Assembly (NCBI GenBank): GCA_021613535.1
Contig: CP075497.1
Span: forward strand, 11,346,001 to 11,410,000
DNA: 64,000 bases
Direction: 5' to 3'
From: Adineta vaga
Lineage: Eukaryota > Animalia > Rotifera
Position 1 is the first letter of the stretch, and each line of letters begins with the position of its first letter. The position numbers were made by a program, and so were the translations under genes. The notes under the pieces were generated by a model. The model was not told the origin of the DNA. It did no database searches and saw only the letters and a list, made by a program, of their open reading frames with translations. Shown one piece after another: positions 1 through 12,084 of the stretch.

Positions 1-377
1 ATTTGAATTGTTGATGGTCTAGCACGATGTTTGGCACCCATATCTCGGTAACATTGTGTTACAGCTAATGCACGTGTTAAATCCCGATATTCACGGTACA
101 TATTATGTGTACCTGAACGGGAATCATAACGGAGCCAAACACCGAAATTTTTCACAGTTAAAGGTTTACGTTCATTGACTAATTTACATTCAACGATTTC
201 ACCAGCACTTTTCTTGACACGTTTAAGTTGACGTAAGAAAAACCAGAAACGTGATTTAGCTTGAACTTCATCCGGTGCATAGATATGCATTTCATAGAGT
301 GGTGGTGTTTTCAATGCAGCGGATGGAAGTTTGCGGCCGATTATACGATATTCACGAAGGTTACCTTTTGCTTTCAT
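1..377 (-). CDS. RPL18A: 60S ribosomal protein L18a (eL20), 3' end outside window
   Basis: The reverse strand from ATG 377 reads [19 protein letters not shown]...[36 protein letters not shown]...[25 protein letters not shown], the eL20 signature. Confidence 0.96.
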   Translation of the reverse strand, partial: MKAKGNLREYRIIGRKLPSAALKTPPLYEMHIYAPDEVQAKSRFWFFLRQLKRVKKSAGEIVECKLVNERKPLTVKNFGVWLRYDSRSGTHNMYREYRDLTRALAVTQCYRDMGAKHRARPSTIQ

Positions 378-1225
378 GATGATTGTTTTTTCTGTGGTTT
401 TATTCTAGAGACGAAAACAATATCTAAAAGAAGTAAACGAAAACAATTAGATCGTTGAACATAGATGGTAAAATTAATAAGCAAATGTAATGTAAAAAAT
501 AGCAAAGCAAAAAGAAAATAAATAAGAAAATGCTTTTATGGTAAATGATGGAAAAAGATATGATTGGATTTTGTTTTACGACGTTTTGTGACGATGAATG
601 GAGGAGTCAATAATGGGTTATATGTGATACTCAAGATGGCATTAGATGACGATCATTTTCATTTATTGAAATAAAACGCGAGTGTTAATTGAATAGTACG
701 CATGTTTGTAAGTCATTTATCACAATTCTATTTACTGGTTTGTCAACATTGGTTTGGCTTTTTTGTGTGCTGTTCCCTCTACATAATCGGTTTAGTATGA
801 GAGTATACATATTGATGTATTATATTTACGAAAAAAAAAATAACCGAGACGAGGACTGAACACAATCATCTTTTTTTATCGTTGTCGTCGTTCCATTGAC
901 AAAAGTGCTCGACGTTCAAAAGGAAGAACGATAGAGAGAGATGGAGACAAGTAGCTAAGGGAAGGAATAAATTACTGTTGGGCGTGGTGTTTCTTCACGT
1001 TCTTTCTCTCATTTTTTTTCTATTAGTTTAGAGTGTGCACACATTTTATATTTTCTTCTAGGATTGCTATTGTCAACTTCTTTAGCTTTTCTTTTTCTTC
1101 ACTCGAGTTATATTGTTCTACAAAATGTATTTGTTTGTTGCATGCCAGTTATATTAATGTTCAATGAATACCAATCAGAAAACATACGATTATAATCAAC
1201 ATGTTGATTACGTTTGATTATACTA

Positions 1226-1263
1226 ATGGCAGAAAGAACAAGATCGATGCCAATGATTTACAA
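1226..1263 (+). CDS. Putative alternative first coding exon A of Kv-beta (MAERTRSMPMIYK)
   Basis: ATG at 1226. Ends TAC AA|GTAAGT (phase 2, strong donor). Joining to the acceptor at 3209 gives ...[14 protein letters not shown] in frame. Confidence 0.7.
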
Positions 1264-1962
1264 GTAAGTTTCAATATGCTAAAGAAAAAGAAAAAGAAAA
1301 TAAATAGACATTGCTCCTCTTTTCCTCCGGTTTTTTTTCTTCTTTCTTCTATTTTTTCCGTGAAAATCCTTTTCAATACTCTTCGTCTTTGTCGCCTATT
1401 GAGTTCATACTTTCTCTAAGGTTTCTTCTTGTATTTCGGATATGTTGTTTCTATCCCTCTCTCTCTCTCTTCCTCCTTTCCTTCCTTGCGTTTTGTATCG
1501 ATGAATAGATGAACAACAATTACACATATGGATTTCCAAGGCAAGAAGCGTAATCTAATGGTGTGTCTATCTTTGTAAAAGTAAGAGCGAAAGAAAGACT
1601 CGGATAGTCTAAAGCATAAGTAAATTGATAATAAAAGCTGCAAGAACAGACAGACAACAAGAACGCGAAGAGCATCACGAACAGAATCATAAATAAACGT
1701 TGAACTGAAAAAAAATGCAGAAAGCAAGATAACAAGAAAGCGAGCGAGCGAGCGAGAGAGAGAGAGTGAGAAAGATAGAAAAAAAAACTAAACGAAGTTG
1801 CTCCGTTAAATGAACGTCATTTTGTCGTATTCGCTTCATCCATCTTCAGATTTTAATATCGATTCCCGTGTTATTTACATTAGACAAGAGTCAAAAAATA
1901 TTATTGTTTAGTGAAGAGTGAAATAATAAATCGAGAAAGAGAGACAAAGACAAGATTCGGAA

Positions 1963-2132
1963 ATGAATTATGGCACCATACGAAAAATAACTAGCGAACC
2001 AACATCAAATCCATTAATAAAAATTGGTGAAAATTGTACACATCCATGCAAATATGAAATACATCGATTATGTCAAGAACAAATCCTAAAGCAGCGACAG
2101 CGAAAATCATCTTCTCAGATTGTTTCATACAG
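1963..2132 (+). CDS. Putative alternative first coding exon B of Kv-beta (MNYGTIRK...QIVSYR)
   Basis: 170-nt open exon ending TAC AG|GTATTT (phase 2). It splices in frame to the common exon at 3210 to give SYRNLG. Confidence 0.7.
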
Positions 2133-2645
2133 GTATTTTAATTCAAAGAAAGAAACTTTCTATTTGATAGAAAGTTTATACCGTACGAAAGCTATAAAAA
2201 CATATGATAATAGAATACAAAACATGTGTATAGTTTGTTTATAATTGAAAGATCTTCTTGCATTCATCAGTAACTTTCTAATAGTGGTATGTTTCGAGGG
2301 AAAAGTGTAGATGGTGTTATGGCAGCTGATGTAAACAGGATGATGAGTTGGTTGGTTGATTTTGGCTTATCGTCGTTCGTTACCGCTACAACCGATGCCT
2401 CGGCTTACGCGCAGAAAACAATTAGAGATGGGGCGGTAGCTATAGTTTTGGCACTAGTTTTTCTTCTCTGACGCATGGCGCACGCTTATCCTCGTTCTAA
2501 GTTAGCTCGTTCGTCTTTTTTCCCATTAACAGAACAGCAAGTAACAGAATAAAGATCTTGCCATCGTCGTCGTCGTCGTCGTCTTCGTCTACCTTGTTAT
2601 ATTCTGTGTGACGATAGTGTACAAAGGCAAATAATATACAAGGCC

Positions 2646-4891
2646 ATGTCGACGTCATCTCTTCGGCAACATCAACGGAAATCAACAATAACTCCTGGTG
2701 GTCATTCTCCATTAGCTCGAAATAATAGTGCTGGCAATCCAACACATCATCATCATTCCTCATCAACATCATTTGCAACTCAAAGGTCATATAGATCACT
2801 TCCATCGCCAGCAATGACAACAACAACAACAATTACAACAGCGAATACTCTACATGAAGATAATCCCAATCAATTACTTGACAAAATTGCAAATAATATT
2901 TTTCATTTTGAACATCCAATAAATAATTTTCATACTTCATCAATCAGTCAAAATATCAATGAAATTTGTTTGCCACGTTCAACACGTCATTTATGTGGAT
3001 CAATTATTCCTTTACCATCATCAACACCATCATCAACTATTGATCAACAATCGATTGAAAATGATCAAATAAATTTATCTCTTCTTCCAATTCGAAAATC
3101 TGATATGAAATATAGGTCTTATTTCTTAATTTTCTTTTCCTTTCACTTTTATCGATATTTTTCTCTATCAAAGATAAATTTCATCTTCAATAACATTTGT
3201 TTTTTTTAGAAATTTGGGGCGTAATGGGTTACGAGTATCTCAATTAGGCCTTGGTACTTGGGTTACATTTGGCGGACAGATATCCGATGATGTCGCTGAA
3301 GAATTAGTTACGATTGCATACGATAGTGGAATCAATCTCTTTGATACGGCTGAAGTTTATGCAGCTGGAAAGTAAAGACAATTTTTTTCTTCCGTTCTTT
3401 CTTTTCATATTGATCTTTAATAGAGCGGAAATAACACTTGGAAAAGTTTTAAAAAAGAAAAATTGGAGACGATCAAGTTATATTGTCTCGACGAAATTGT
3501 TCTGGGGTGGGAAGTATGTTGAAAAGATGATTGAAAAAGGAAGAACAATGTATTCTTATTTTCTATAGAGCTGAAACTGAAAAAGGACTTTCAAGAAAAC
3601 ATATTATTGAAGGTTTGAGAGCTAGTCTCGAACGTTTACAATTGAATTATGTTGATATTGTCTTTGCTAATAAACCTGATACATCAGTACCAATGGAAGG
3701 TAAAATTTAACATTTAGAAATAGATTTCAATTAGAATCTTTCTTTTTATTCAAGAAATTGTTCGAGCATTTACACAAGTTATTAATGATAATCTTTGTTT
3801 TTATTGGGGAACTTCAAGATGGTCACCTATGGAAATTATGGTAATTATTTCTTGGAAATTCTATAATAAAAATCACGTATTTCTATCTTAAAGGAAGCAT
3901 ATTCAGTTGCTCGACAATTCAATTTAATTCCTCCAATATGTGAACAAGCTGAATATCATCTCTTTCAACGTGATAAAGTTGAAGTTCATCTACCAGAAAT
4001 TTATCATAAAATAGGTAAGCATACTAACAAAAGAAGAAGAACAACAAACAATTACATTTAATAATTAATCCTATTCAGGTATTGGAACAATGACATGGTC
4101 ACCATTAGCATGTGGTTTATTAAGTGGAAAATATGATGATGGTGTACCATTACATTCAAGAGCAGCACTTAAAGTAATAAAACAAAAAATGGTTGGAAGC
4201 AAAAGAGAACAGGAGAATTTCGATATTTCTTTTTTTTCTTCTAGGGTTATGGTTGGTTAAAAGAGAAAATTTTGAATGAAGAAGGTCGAAAGCAACAAAC
4301 TAAATTACGCGAATTAGCTATTTTAGCAACAAAATTTGATTGTACACTCGCTCAATTAGCAATTGGTAAGTTGAATAAAAGAAAAATAGTAGAATATTCA
4401 TGTCAAGGTCGAAAATGAAATTGTTTTTTCGAAAAACAACTCTGTCTTAAATAAATGTCATGCTTAATATAGATTTTGATATACATATGTCAAAATAATT
4501 AAGTTATCGGAACTTTTCATAACGATGTTAAAAGTTGAGATATAAGATCTAAAGAACAGATATGTGAGAGAGAGAGAAGAAACAACAACTTGATTTCTTT
4601 GTTTTTCTATTCATAGCATGGTGTTTAAAAAATGATAATGTTCATTGTGTTTTACTTGGAGCATCATCTGTCGAGCAACTTTACGAAAATCTCAATTCTT
4701 TACAAGTAAATATTTCGATTTCAACTCTCTAGTTGTATTTTTCTTCTATCTTTAAGATTGTATCGAAATTAACTCCACCAATCATGGCTGATATTGATCG
4801 AATTCTTGGAAATAAGCCAACTGTTCGAATTTCAACGAAAACTGAAAGCAATATTCAAACACCTGTTCAATTACCACACACACAGCGATAA
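2646..4891 (+). CDS. KCNAB: Voltage-gated potassium channel beta subunit (aldo-keto reductase fold; KCNAB/Hyperkinetic-like), multi-exon
   Basis: Spliced product [34 protein letters not shown]...[10 protein letters not shown]...STKLFWGG...VFANKPD...YWGTSRWS...PICEQAEY...TWSPLACG...LAQLAIAW. The AKR catalytic D/Y/K/N residues are present. Stop TAA at 4889-4891. Confidence 0.96.
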
Positions 4892-5376
4892 TTATTATTG
4901 TTTTTTTTAAATGATTGTATTTTTTTTGTCGTAGTACATATTGTATACAGAGTGTGTTTTCTTCGTCTTTTTACAAAAACTTACAATAATGCTGTGATTG
5001 TGCTAATATTTACTTGTTAAATTCCATCGTTTTCACACAAATCAAAATGAGATTTCTTTTCTTCATAGAATAGAATCAAACTATCATATAAGATGAAATT
5101 ATTCGAAACAGCAATCAAATCATTACGATAATCAATATAACATTATAGAATATACTTTCTTCTCCTTTGAGAGATCTCATATCCGATATATACACTTGAG
5201 ATTTCATCATTTTTGAGATTAATGATGAGACGAATTTCTATTGGTTGAAAAAACAAGTAATTCATCAATAGAGGTCATCGAATGAAATTTCATTGGATAT
5301 TGATCGAAATAAAAGAATAGAAATGTTTTGAAATTATTCGATAGGATCAGTTTATTTAGTTTTTTGTTTTTTCAAT

Positions 5377-7338
5377 ATGCGGTGTCATTACGAAGTACTC
5401 GGTGTGGATCAAAATGCAACAGAAGATGATTTGAAAAAATCATATAAAAAATTAGCATTACAATGGCATCCTGGTTTGTTTGTTAGAAGAAAAAAAATCG
5501 GATAGTTTTCAATGTTGTTATTTTGTTTGGTAGATAAAAATCTTCAACAAATTGCTGAAGCACAAAAACGTTTTTTAGAAATTCGTGCTGCTTATGAAGT
5601 TTTATCTGATCCAAGAGAACGTTCATGGTATGATGCTCATCGAGATGTTATGCTTCGAAAAGGTTCTGGGGATGATTATCAAGATGATACGATCAATATT
5701 TTCCCATTTTTTACTTCTTCTTGTTATCAAGGATATAATGATAGTGAAAATGTATGTAACAAAAAAAAAAATTTCTTAAAATCAAGTTTTATATTTCAGG
5801 GATTTTATACAATTTATAATAAGCTATTTAAAGATATAGCAGAACAAGATTTGAAAGGTTCCATGGATAAAACAATTGAAATACCAGAATTTGGAAGTTC
5901 GGAAAGTTCTTACGACGAAGTAAGGAAGAAAACGAAGAGTTTGTTTTTATTTGAAATGATTTGATTTGTTTTATTTGAAAAAAAGGTTGTTGGTCCATTT
6001 TATGCATATTGGTCGAATTATTGTACATTGAGATCGTATGTTTGGAAAGAAGAACATGATACACGCGAAGCAATGGATCGTCGTGTACGACGATTAATGG
6101 AACAAGAAAATAAAAAATTACGTGAAAAAGCTAAAAAAGAACGTAATGACGAAGTTCGAGTACGATGAAATCCAAGATAAATTCATCAATTTAATCAATT
6201 CTTCAATGTTTAGGAATTAATTGCATTTGTGAAAAAACGTGATAAACGAGTACAACTTCGAAAAGTGAAGAGATAATGGATTCTATGTTCGTTTTATTTT
6301 CATTTTTGTTTATCTCCGTAGATTTATCTTGAAGAACAAGCATTACAAAAGAAAAAAGCGGATACAGAAAGACGTAATCGAGAAAAACAAAGAAAATTGG
6401 AGTAAGAATCAATTTTCTTTACTTTAATTTCATTGAAGATTTTCTTTTGTAGAGAATTAGCACAATATAAAGAATCTCAATGGATGTCATTTGACGACTT
6501 TGAAAAACAATTAAATGATTTAGAAAGTTCAGTAAAAAATCAATTTCAAGATGTAGATACAAACAATTATAACGATGATGATAATAATCTCGATGAATCA
6601 AACGATGATATCAACGAATTATATTGTGTTGCTTGTAATAAATCATTTAAATCTGATAAAGCGTAAGTTAAGAACGATGTTTTTATTATCATTCTAAATT
6701 CTATTCGATCTTTTTAAAGTTTTCTTAATCATGAAAATTCACGAAAACATAAAGAATTTGTGTATTTAATGAAAGCACATATTCAGCAGGAAAATGAAGA
6801 ATTAGCATTGAATACTCAAGAACAAATCGATGTAACAAATAATGATTATGATCAAGTTGTTCAATTACCAGTAAACAATCAACCAAGGTTAGTTTTGATC
6901 TTCTCAAAAAAACATTTGATTCAATATTCGTTTTAGTAAATCGAAAAAGAAAAAGAAGAAACAACGAAGAAATAATAAAGATAATCTATCATCGGACGAA
7001 GAAACTGAAGATATGAAACAAGAATTAGAAGAAGAATTACAATCAAACGAACAGAATCAAGAAACAGAAGATATTTCAACAGTGACTCAAACGAAGAAAA
7101 TTAAATCTACAACAGAAACAAATGATGAGGTATAAATTCACATCGAAATTTCGATAAGAATTGTAGAAAAGTTAAGTTTTAGGCATCTCATGTTCCAATT
7201 ATTCTTGAATGTTTTGTTTGTAAAGAAGAATTTCCAACTCGAAATGCACTATTCAAACATATCAAAGAATTAGATCATGCTAAACCCATTCAAGTGAAAT
7301 CCGAACCAAAAGTCAAGACGAAAAACAAGAAGAAATAA
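5377..7338 (+). CDS. DNAJC21: DnaJ homolog subfamily C member 21 (Jjj1-like), multi-exon
   Basis: N-terminal J domain [10 protein letters not shown]...LQWHPDKN...[15 protein letters not shown], then a charged region and two C2H2 fingers ([12 protein letters not shown]...HENSRKH; [23 protein letters not shown]). Confidence 0.94.
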
Positions 7339-7480
7339 TTAGCGAAATCGATTATTTATTTGTTATTTTTTCAATAAAAACAAAAACTTAACTAAAAAAC
7401 AATCGATATTTTTATTTTTGTCTCTGTTGACAATTTTGTTGATTTGAATGTTTTCAGATTTTGTTTTCTTTGACGAAACG

Positions 7481-7838
7481 ATGGGTAAACGAAAATCGAA
7501 ACGAAAACCTCCACCAAAACAAAAACGTGTCGAAGCATTGGCTGGCGTTTTTCCATGTCCATTTTGTTCAAATGATCGTTCATGTGAAGTGAAAATGTAA
7601 GAAGATATTTCTTTCGAAATTTCATCAGTTCCATTTCATTTTCAGTGATCGAAAAGCTAATGTTGGGACAATTGAATGTCGAATGTGTCAAGAAACATAT
7701 TCAACAGCTATTCATTGTAAGTTTTGATTGGTTTTCTTTCATCGTTCATCTCGGTTTTTGTTTTCCGTAGATTTGAGCGAAGCAATTGATGTCTACAATT
7801 CATGGATTGATGCATGTGAAGAACAAAATCGAGAATAA
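7481..7838 (+). CDS. ELOF1: Transcription elongation factor 1 homolog (Elf1), 3 exons
   Basis: [13 protein letters not shown]...FPCPFC...CRMCQE...[16 protein letters not shown], the Elf1 zinc ribbon and C-terminal signature. Confidence 0.95.
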
Positions 7839-8095
7839 ATGTCTCGATTTGTGTTTGTTTTCCGTTATAACTTTGTGTAATTAGATCGATGTGAATATTA
7901 ATAATCCAATAAAAAAATATGAAAAAATAAAGTTTTTGTTGTCTTTTTTGTTTGATTTTCGATAGGAACATTTTCTACTTCATTGAATGTCACTCGAGTT
8001 CATTACTAAGTTATGTTGGTACAGAATATATCATTTCTCCTTCGAAAAAAAAAGTGTTTTAAAGGTAAAAGATCGTCATTTTCTGTTCATTTCAG

Positions 8096-8740
8096 ATGAC
8101 GGACATGAAACCTGTCCTTCTATTGCTTCCTAAAACTGTATGTAACATGCTCTACTGTCTTCTCTTTTTTAAAATCTATTATTATTATTGTTTATAGTTA
8201 CTCAAATCACTTACTGATGTCAATGAACTTCCGTTATCCTATCGACATCTGACTAAAGGAAGACAATTTTCAGTGGTAAGCATCATTTGATACATAGATA
8301 ACAAAGTTCAAATGAATTTCTCTTCTAGGGTGATCATAAACTACGTGCTCGTCGACAAAATGAATCAACTACTGAATTGTATTGTTTTCAAAAGAATAGC
8401 AATGGAAATGAAGCTCAATTGAGTAAATTCATCTCATTAATATCTATAATACAGAAGTAATCTCTCTTGTTTTTCATCTTTAGTTTCATCATCAGTTGAA
8501 ACGTTTTCATTAATTCAAGATGTTCATCCACCTACAGATTGTTCACCGAAAGAAGTTACTTTTCGACCAGATTTTCCCAAACATTTAAAACTTCGTTGTT
8601 TACCATTTGGTTCAGGTAAAACATTTGAAAATTTATTTTCTTATATAGACAATATTTTCATTCGTTTTCTAGATGAACCAAAAGTAGCTAATGGAACAAA
8701 ATCGAAAACAAAAAAGAAACGAAAACGATTAGATGACTGA
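8096..8740 (+). CDS. Small basic protein, probable RNA polymerase I subunit RPA34/PAF49-like, 5 exons
   Basis: Clean GT-AG exons give MTDMKPVLLLLPKN...RPDFPKHLKLRCLPFGS...KSKTKKKRKRLDD*. The P-x-x-L-K-x-R-x-x-P-F-G motif plus Lys-rich tail resembles A34.5/PAF49 (recognition from memory, not searched). Confidence 0.6.
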
Positions 8741-8832
8741 TATTCTATTTGTTTTTCTGTTATTCAATAAATCATGTTTCACACATAAAATTCTAATTGA
8801 ATCTTTCTTTCGAAAAAGACAAAAAAACGTAT

Positions 8833-9425
8833 TTAACAACCATTCCAACATGCACATTTACTGGATAATGTTAAATTGTAATGCCGTAATTCATATTCTC
8901 CATTGACAACAAGTTGATCGAGTTCATTTGAACATTGAAGATTCACAACTGTTTGACGATCTATTGAGGAATAAACCAATGTTGCTTTACCATCAACTGT
9001 AATTGACCAAGAGACAAGCGAATTCATACCAAGATTATAATAAGCTGAACCATCTTTACTAACTAAAGAGAAAAAGAAGAGATGAATCCATTTAAATAGA
9101 AATTAACATACTTTGACAAACAGCGACATTTGTACATGGTGACTCTTCCGAAAATGGATAACAAGGATTATATCTGAGTATTGAAAGATTGATGACAATG
9201 TATATTATGAATGAGTTAAACTTACGAAAAGAAATATTCATCTTTGGGCACATGTCGAAAAGCAGGAATGCCATGTTTTAATCCAACAGATGATAGATTA
9301 ATACTACCGAATCTTCCATCTTTATAAGTACAATCATTTTTTGTTAGTTGATTTTGATTTAGAATTGAAACATGTTCAGTTAGATGAACATGGAAACAAA
9401 AAACAAGAAAAACTAGAGTTATCAT
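8833..9425 (-). CDS. Secreted mannose-6-phosphate receptor homology (MRH/ATG27-like) domain protein, 3 exons, no TM segment
   Basis: Signal peptide MITLVFLVFCFHVHL, then GSINLSSV, YNPCYPF..CTNVAVCQ, RQTVVNLQC, NGE..HYNLTLSSKCACWNGC*. Confidence 0.85.
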
Positions 9426-9605
9426 TATTTGAAATGTGGAATGACGGGTAACAAGTATGACATAGTATTTTTATATGTGAAAGATAATGAAAAATATAGT
9501 TGAATAAATAAAGAATGAGATAAATGATAAGTAATGATGACGAATTTTTCTTAGTTTATATCTTACTTATTTCGTGTTTTGTAAGACGAAAAGAACTTTT
9601 CATAT

Positions 9606-10525
9606 ATGAAAATGAGTCGCCTAACAAGTTCTATTATTATTTTTGCTTGCATCTTTTTTTCATTGATTATCGCTGACGATCCATGTCGTTTTGAAGTTAA
9701 AGACAAAGGAGTTATTGATATATCATCCTTGGCTAGTAAGGATGGAAAAGCTGCTTTTCCAGATGAAAGTCCATCAGCAGGGTCTAACTATAGTATGTTT
9801 TGTTCATCCCTTTGTATATATTCTAATATAATCATGTTCGTTTTGTTTTCTATAGTCTACAGTTACAATCCATGTAAAGCTTTTAGTGAAGGAGATACAT
9901 GTAAAAATGTAGCTGTTTGTCAAGGTAAGATTTTATTTATTGAAAATCCTTTTTGATTCTTTTATTTTATCATGTTTAGTATCGAGAGATAAAACATTAA
10001 CATTCGTTCTTGGTAAACAAGATAGTGCAAAATGGAATGCAGGAGCTGGTGCTGGTTCTTTTCCAACTATTTCATATTCGTTTGATGAAAAAAAAGTCCA
10101 AGTGGAGTTGGAATGTATGGATAAAGCAGTTTCTCAACTCGATGCTCTAGGTGAAGGTCCAACAAATTTTTATAAATTTCGTTTACAATCGAAATGTGCT
10201 TGTTGGAATGGATGCAAATGTAAGTTGTTTGTTCATATAAAACGATTTCTTTTTTCATCAGATTAATTTATTTTAAATAGCGGCAGGAGGCAGTGGTGGT
10301 GGTATCTCAGGTGGTGCTGTATTTGTAATTATTACGGTATCTCTTTTCTCTGTCTACTTTATTGGATTCGCTATTTATAACAAATTTCTTCTTAAACTAT
10401 CCGGTATGGATATAATAGCTCATCGAACATTCTGGGTGGCTTTACCCGTGTACGCTAGAGATGGTGCTACATATGTTGTTCGACGAGGAACTGGAAAAGG
10501 TGGTGTGGAATATAATAAAATCTAA
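9606..10525 (+). CDS. Cation-dependent M6P receptor/ATG27-like type I membrane protein, 4 exons
   Basis: Signal peptide, MRH domain (GVIDISSL, YSYNPC, VAVCQ, SKCACWNGC), GGISGGAVFVII...FIGFAIYN TM segment, and a cytosolic tail with HRTFW..LP.YARDG ending in the YxxPhi motif YNKI*. Confidence 0.88.
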
Positions 10526-10828
10526 AATTGAACTTTTTTTCAATTAGCTTTTCTCTACTACGATAGCTTTTATTCTGTCATTTTTTTTTATAAAACTGAA
10601 GTAATTCACGAAAATAAAAATCAATTTTTTCAAAAAAACCTAATTCTCTCATCGGATTTCTGGTGAAATGTATGACTAGCGCTCTCTTCAGTTGTACATT
10701 TCAATTGGATATTCTAATAGTTAAGAATACATATTCATTTCGATTGTCTACAACTAAACACTAAATCAGATTGCCTTATCCATCGAAAAGAAAAACCTTC
10801 ACGTTTCATATTTACTTGTTTACATTTA

Positions 10829-11773
10829 ATGGATATGTGTGAAACATTGAGTTGTTCGAATACTCCAATAGCTATTTGTCTACATTGTAAAAAGGTAAAA
10901 TCACTATCACTTTTCTTATCTCAATTCAAAAGAATTTTTGCCAACTTTAGCAACTCTGTGTCGAACATATTTTACAACATAATGAAGAACTTATTCATCA
11001 AGCAAATGTATATTGTGATGAATTTAATGAATTAACTGAAGAAATTGAAAATATGTCATTCGATCAACAATTTACAACAGCTGAAGGTATGAAAATTCAT
11101 TTTCTATATCTCTAGATGTTTATTGTCTGAAATTTATTCACAGAAGATTTACATGATTGGATTAATGAACAAATGAAAGCATTAGATAAAATATACGAAC
11201 AAAAACTCTTCGAATTGAAACAAAAACATTCGGAAGTAAATGAAAAATTAGAATCGTTCAAACAAAATCAACGAATGAAATTAAAAGATATTCAACATCG
11301 ATTATTTAATTCTCAATTAAATAAACAAATAAGTATCGAACAATTAAATCAAATGAAAACAACAATTGAACAATTACAAAAAGATATTCAACAATTTAAA
11401 ACCAATCAATGTACGATTACATTAGTCAATAATGATCAGAAGAATTATTCTTATAAACCAAACATTAATATTCAACTTAACAAGGTGATCAATGAGGATG
11501 TCGATTCAGGTTTGATAACAAAACTTATGAATAGATATGTATAATCATTGGATATTGATTTAGAAGATGATAAAGCTAAGAAATCTCAATTAAGTGCAGA
11601 TGCTCAACCATTTGAATACATTCCAAAGCATAATTCTCTTTCGTATAGTCGACAAGATGATTTTCCAAATCGATTATTCGATCGATGTGCATTTTTTACT
11701 TCAATTCAGCAAGTAATTTGCAATATTTCATCGATTTTCTAATCTCTCTCTGTTCTATTTCTAGTCAATGTGA
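10829..11773 (+). CDS. Uncharacterised B-box-like zinc-finger and coiled-coil protein with a possible PAM2 motif
   Basis: Spliced MDMCETLSCSNTPIAICLHCKKQLCVEHILQH (Cys/His cluster), a long Q/E/K-rich heptad region, then SQLSADAQPFEYIP. The 3' exon boundaries are approximate. Confidence 0.7.
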
Positions 11774-12084
11774 TTTATTTGGTTAATACTCATCAACTAT
11801 TTGAAACAGCAAACAAAAACTTTGTTCAATAGTGTGATCTGATATGCATTCTTTTTGTTTTTGTATGATATGATGTTTGTTTTTATTCCATGATTGTGTG
11901 GATAGCGAAGTTCTCATCTGTTTTTATCGATTTTTAACATGAACAATATCTTTAGATTATGATTATTTTAGATTTTATTATAAAATGATTTCATCTTAAT
12001 TGATTATTAAACGAAGAAGAACGGTAAGTTTTTGTATCGGTAACATTGAAGAAGAAGATGATGATGATTAATCAATTCTTTTAG

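Noticed and set aside
400-800. Possible intronic snoRNA upstream of the RPL18A start codon
   Set aside because: No convincing C/D box pair or H/ACA two-hairpin layout on the minus strand by eye. An Infernal scan would be needed.
2475-2500. Fourth Kv-beta first exon (MAHAYPRSK, phase-2 GT at 2501)
   Set aside because: Phase fits, but the donor is weak and the exon lacks the Y[KR] ending shared by the other three.
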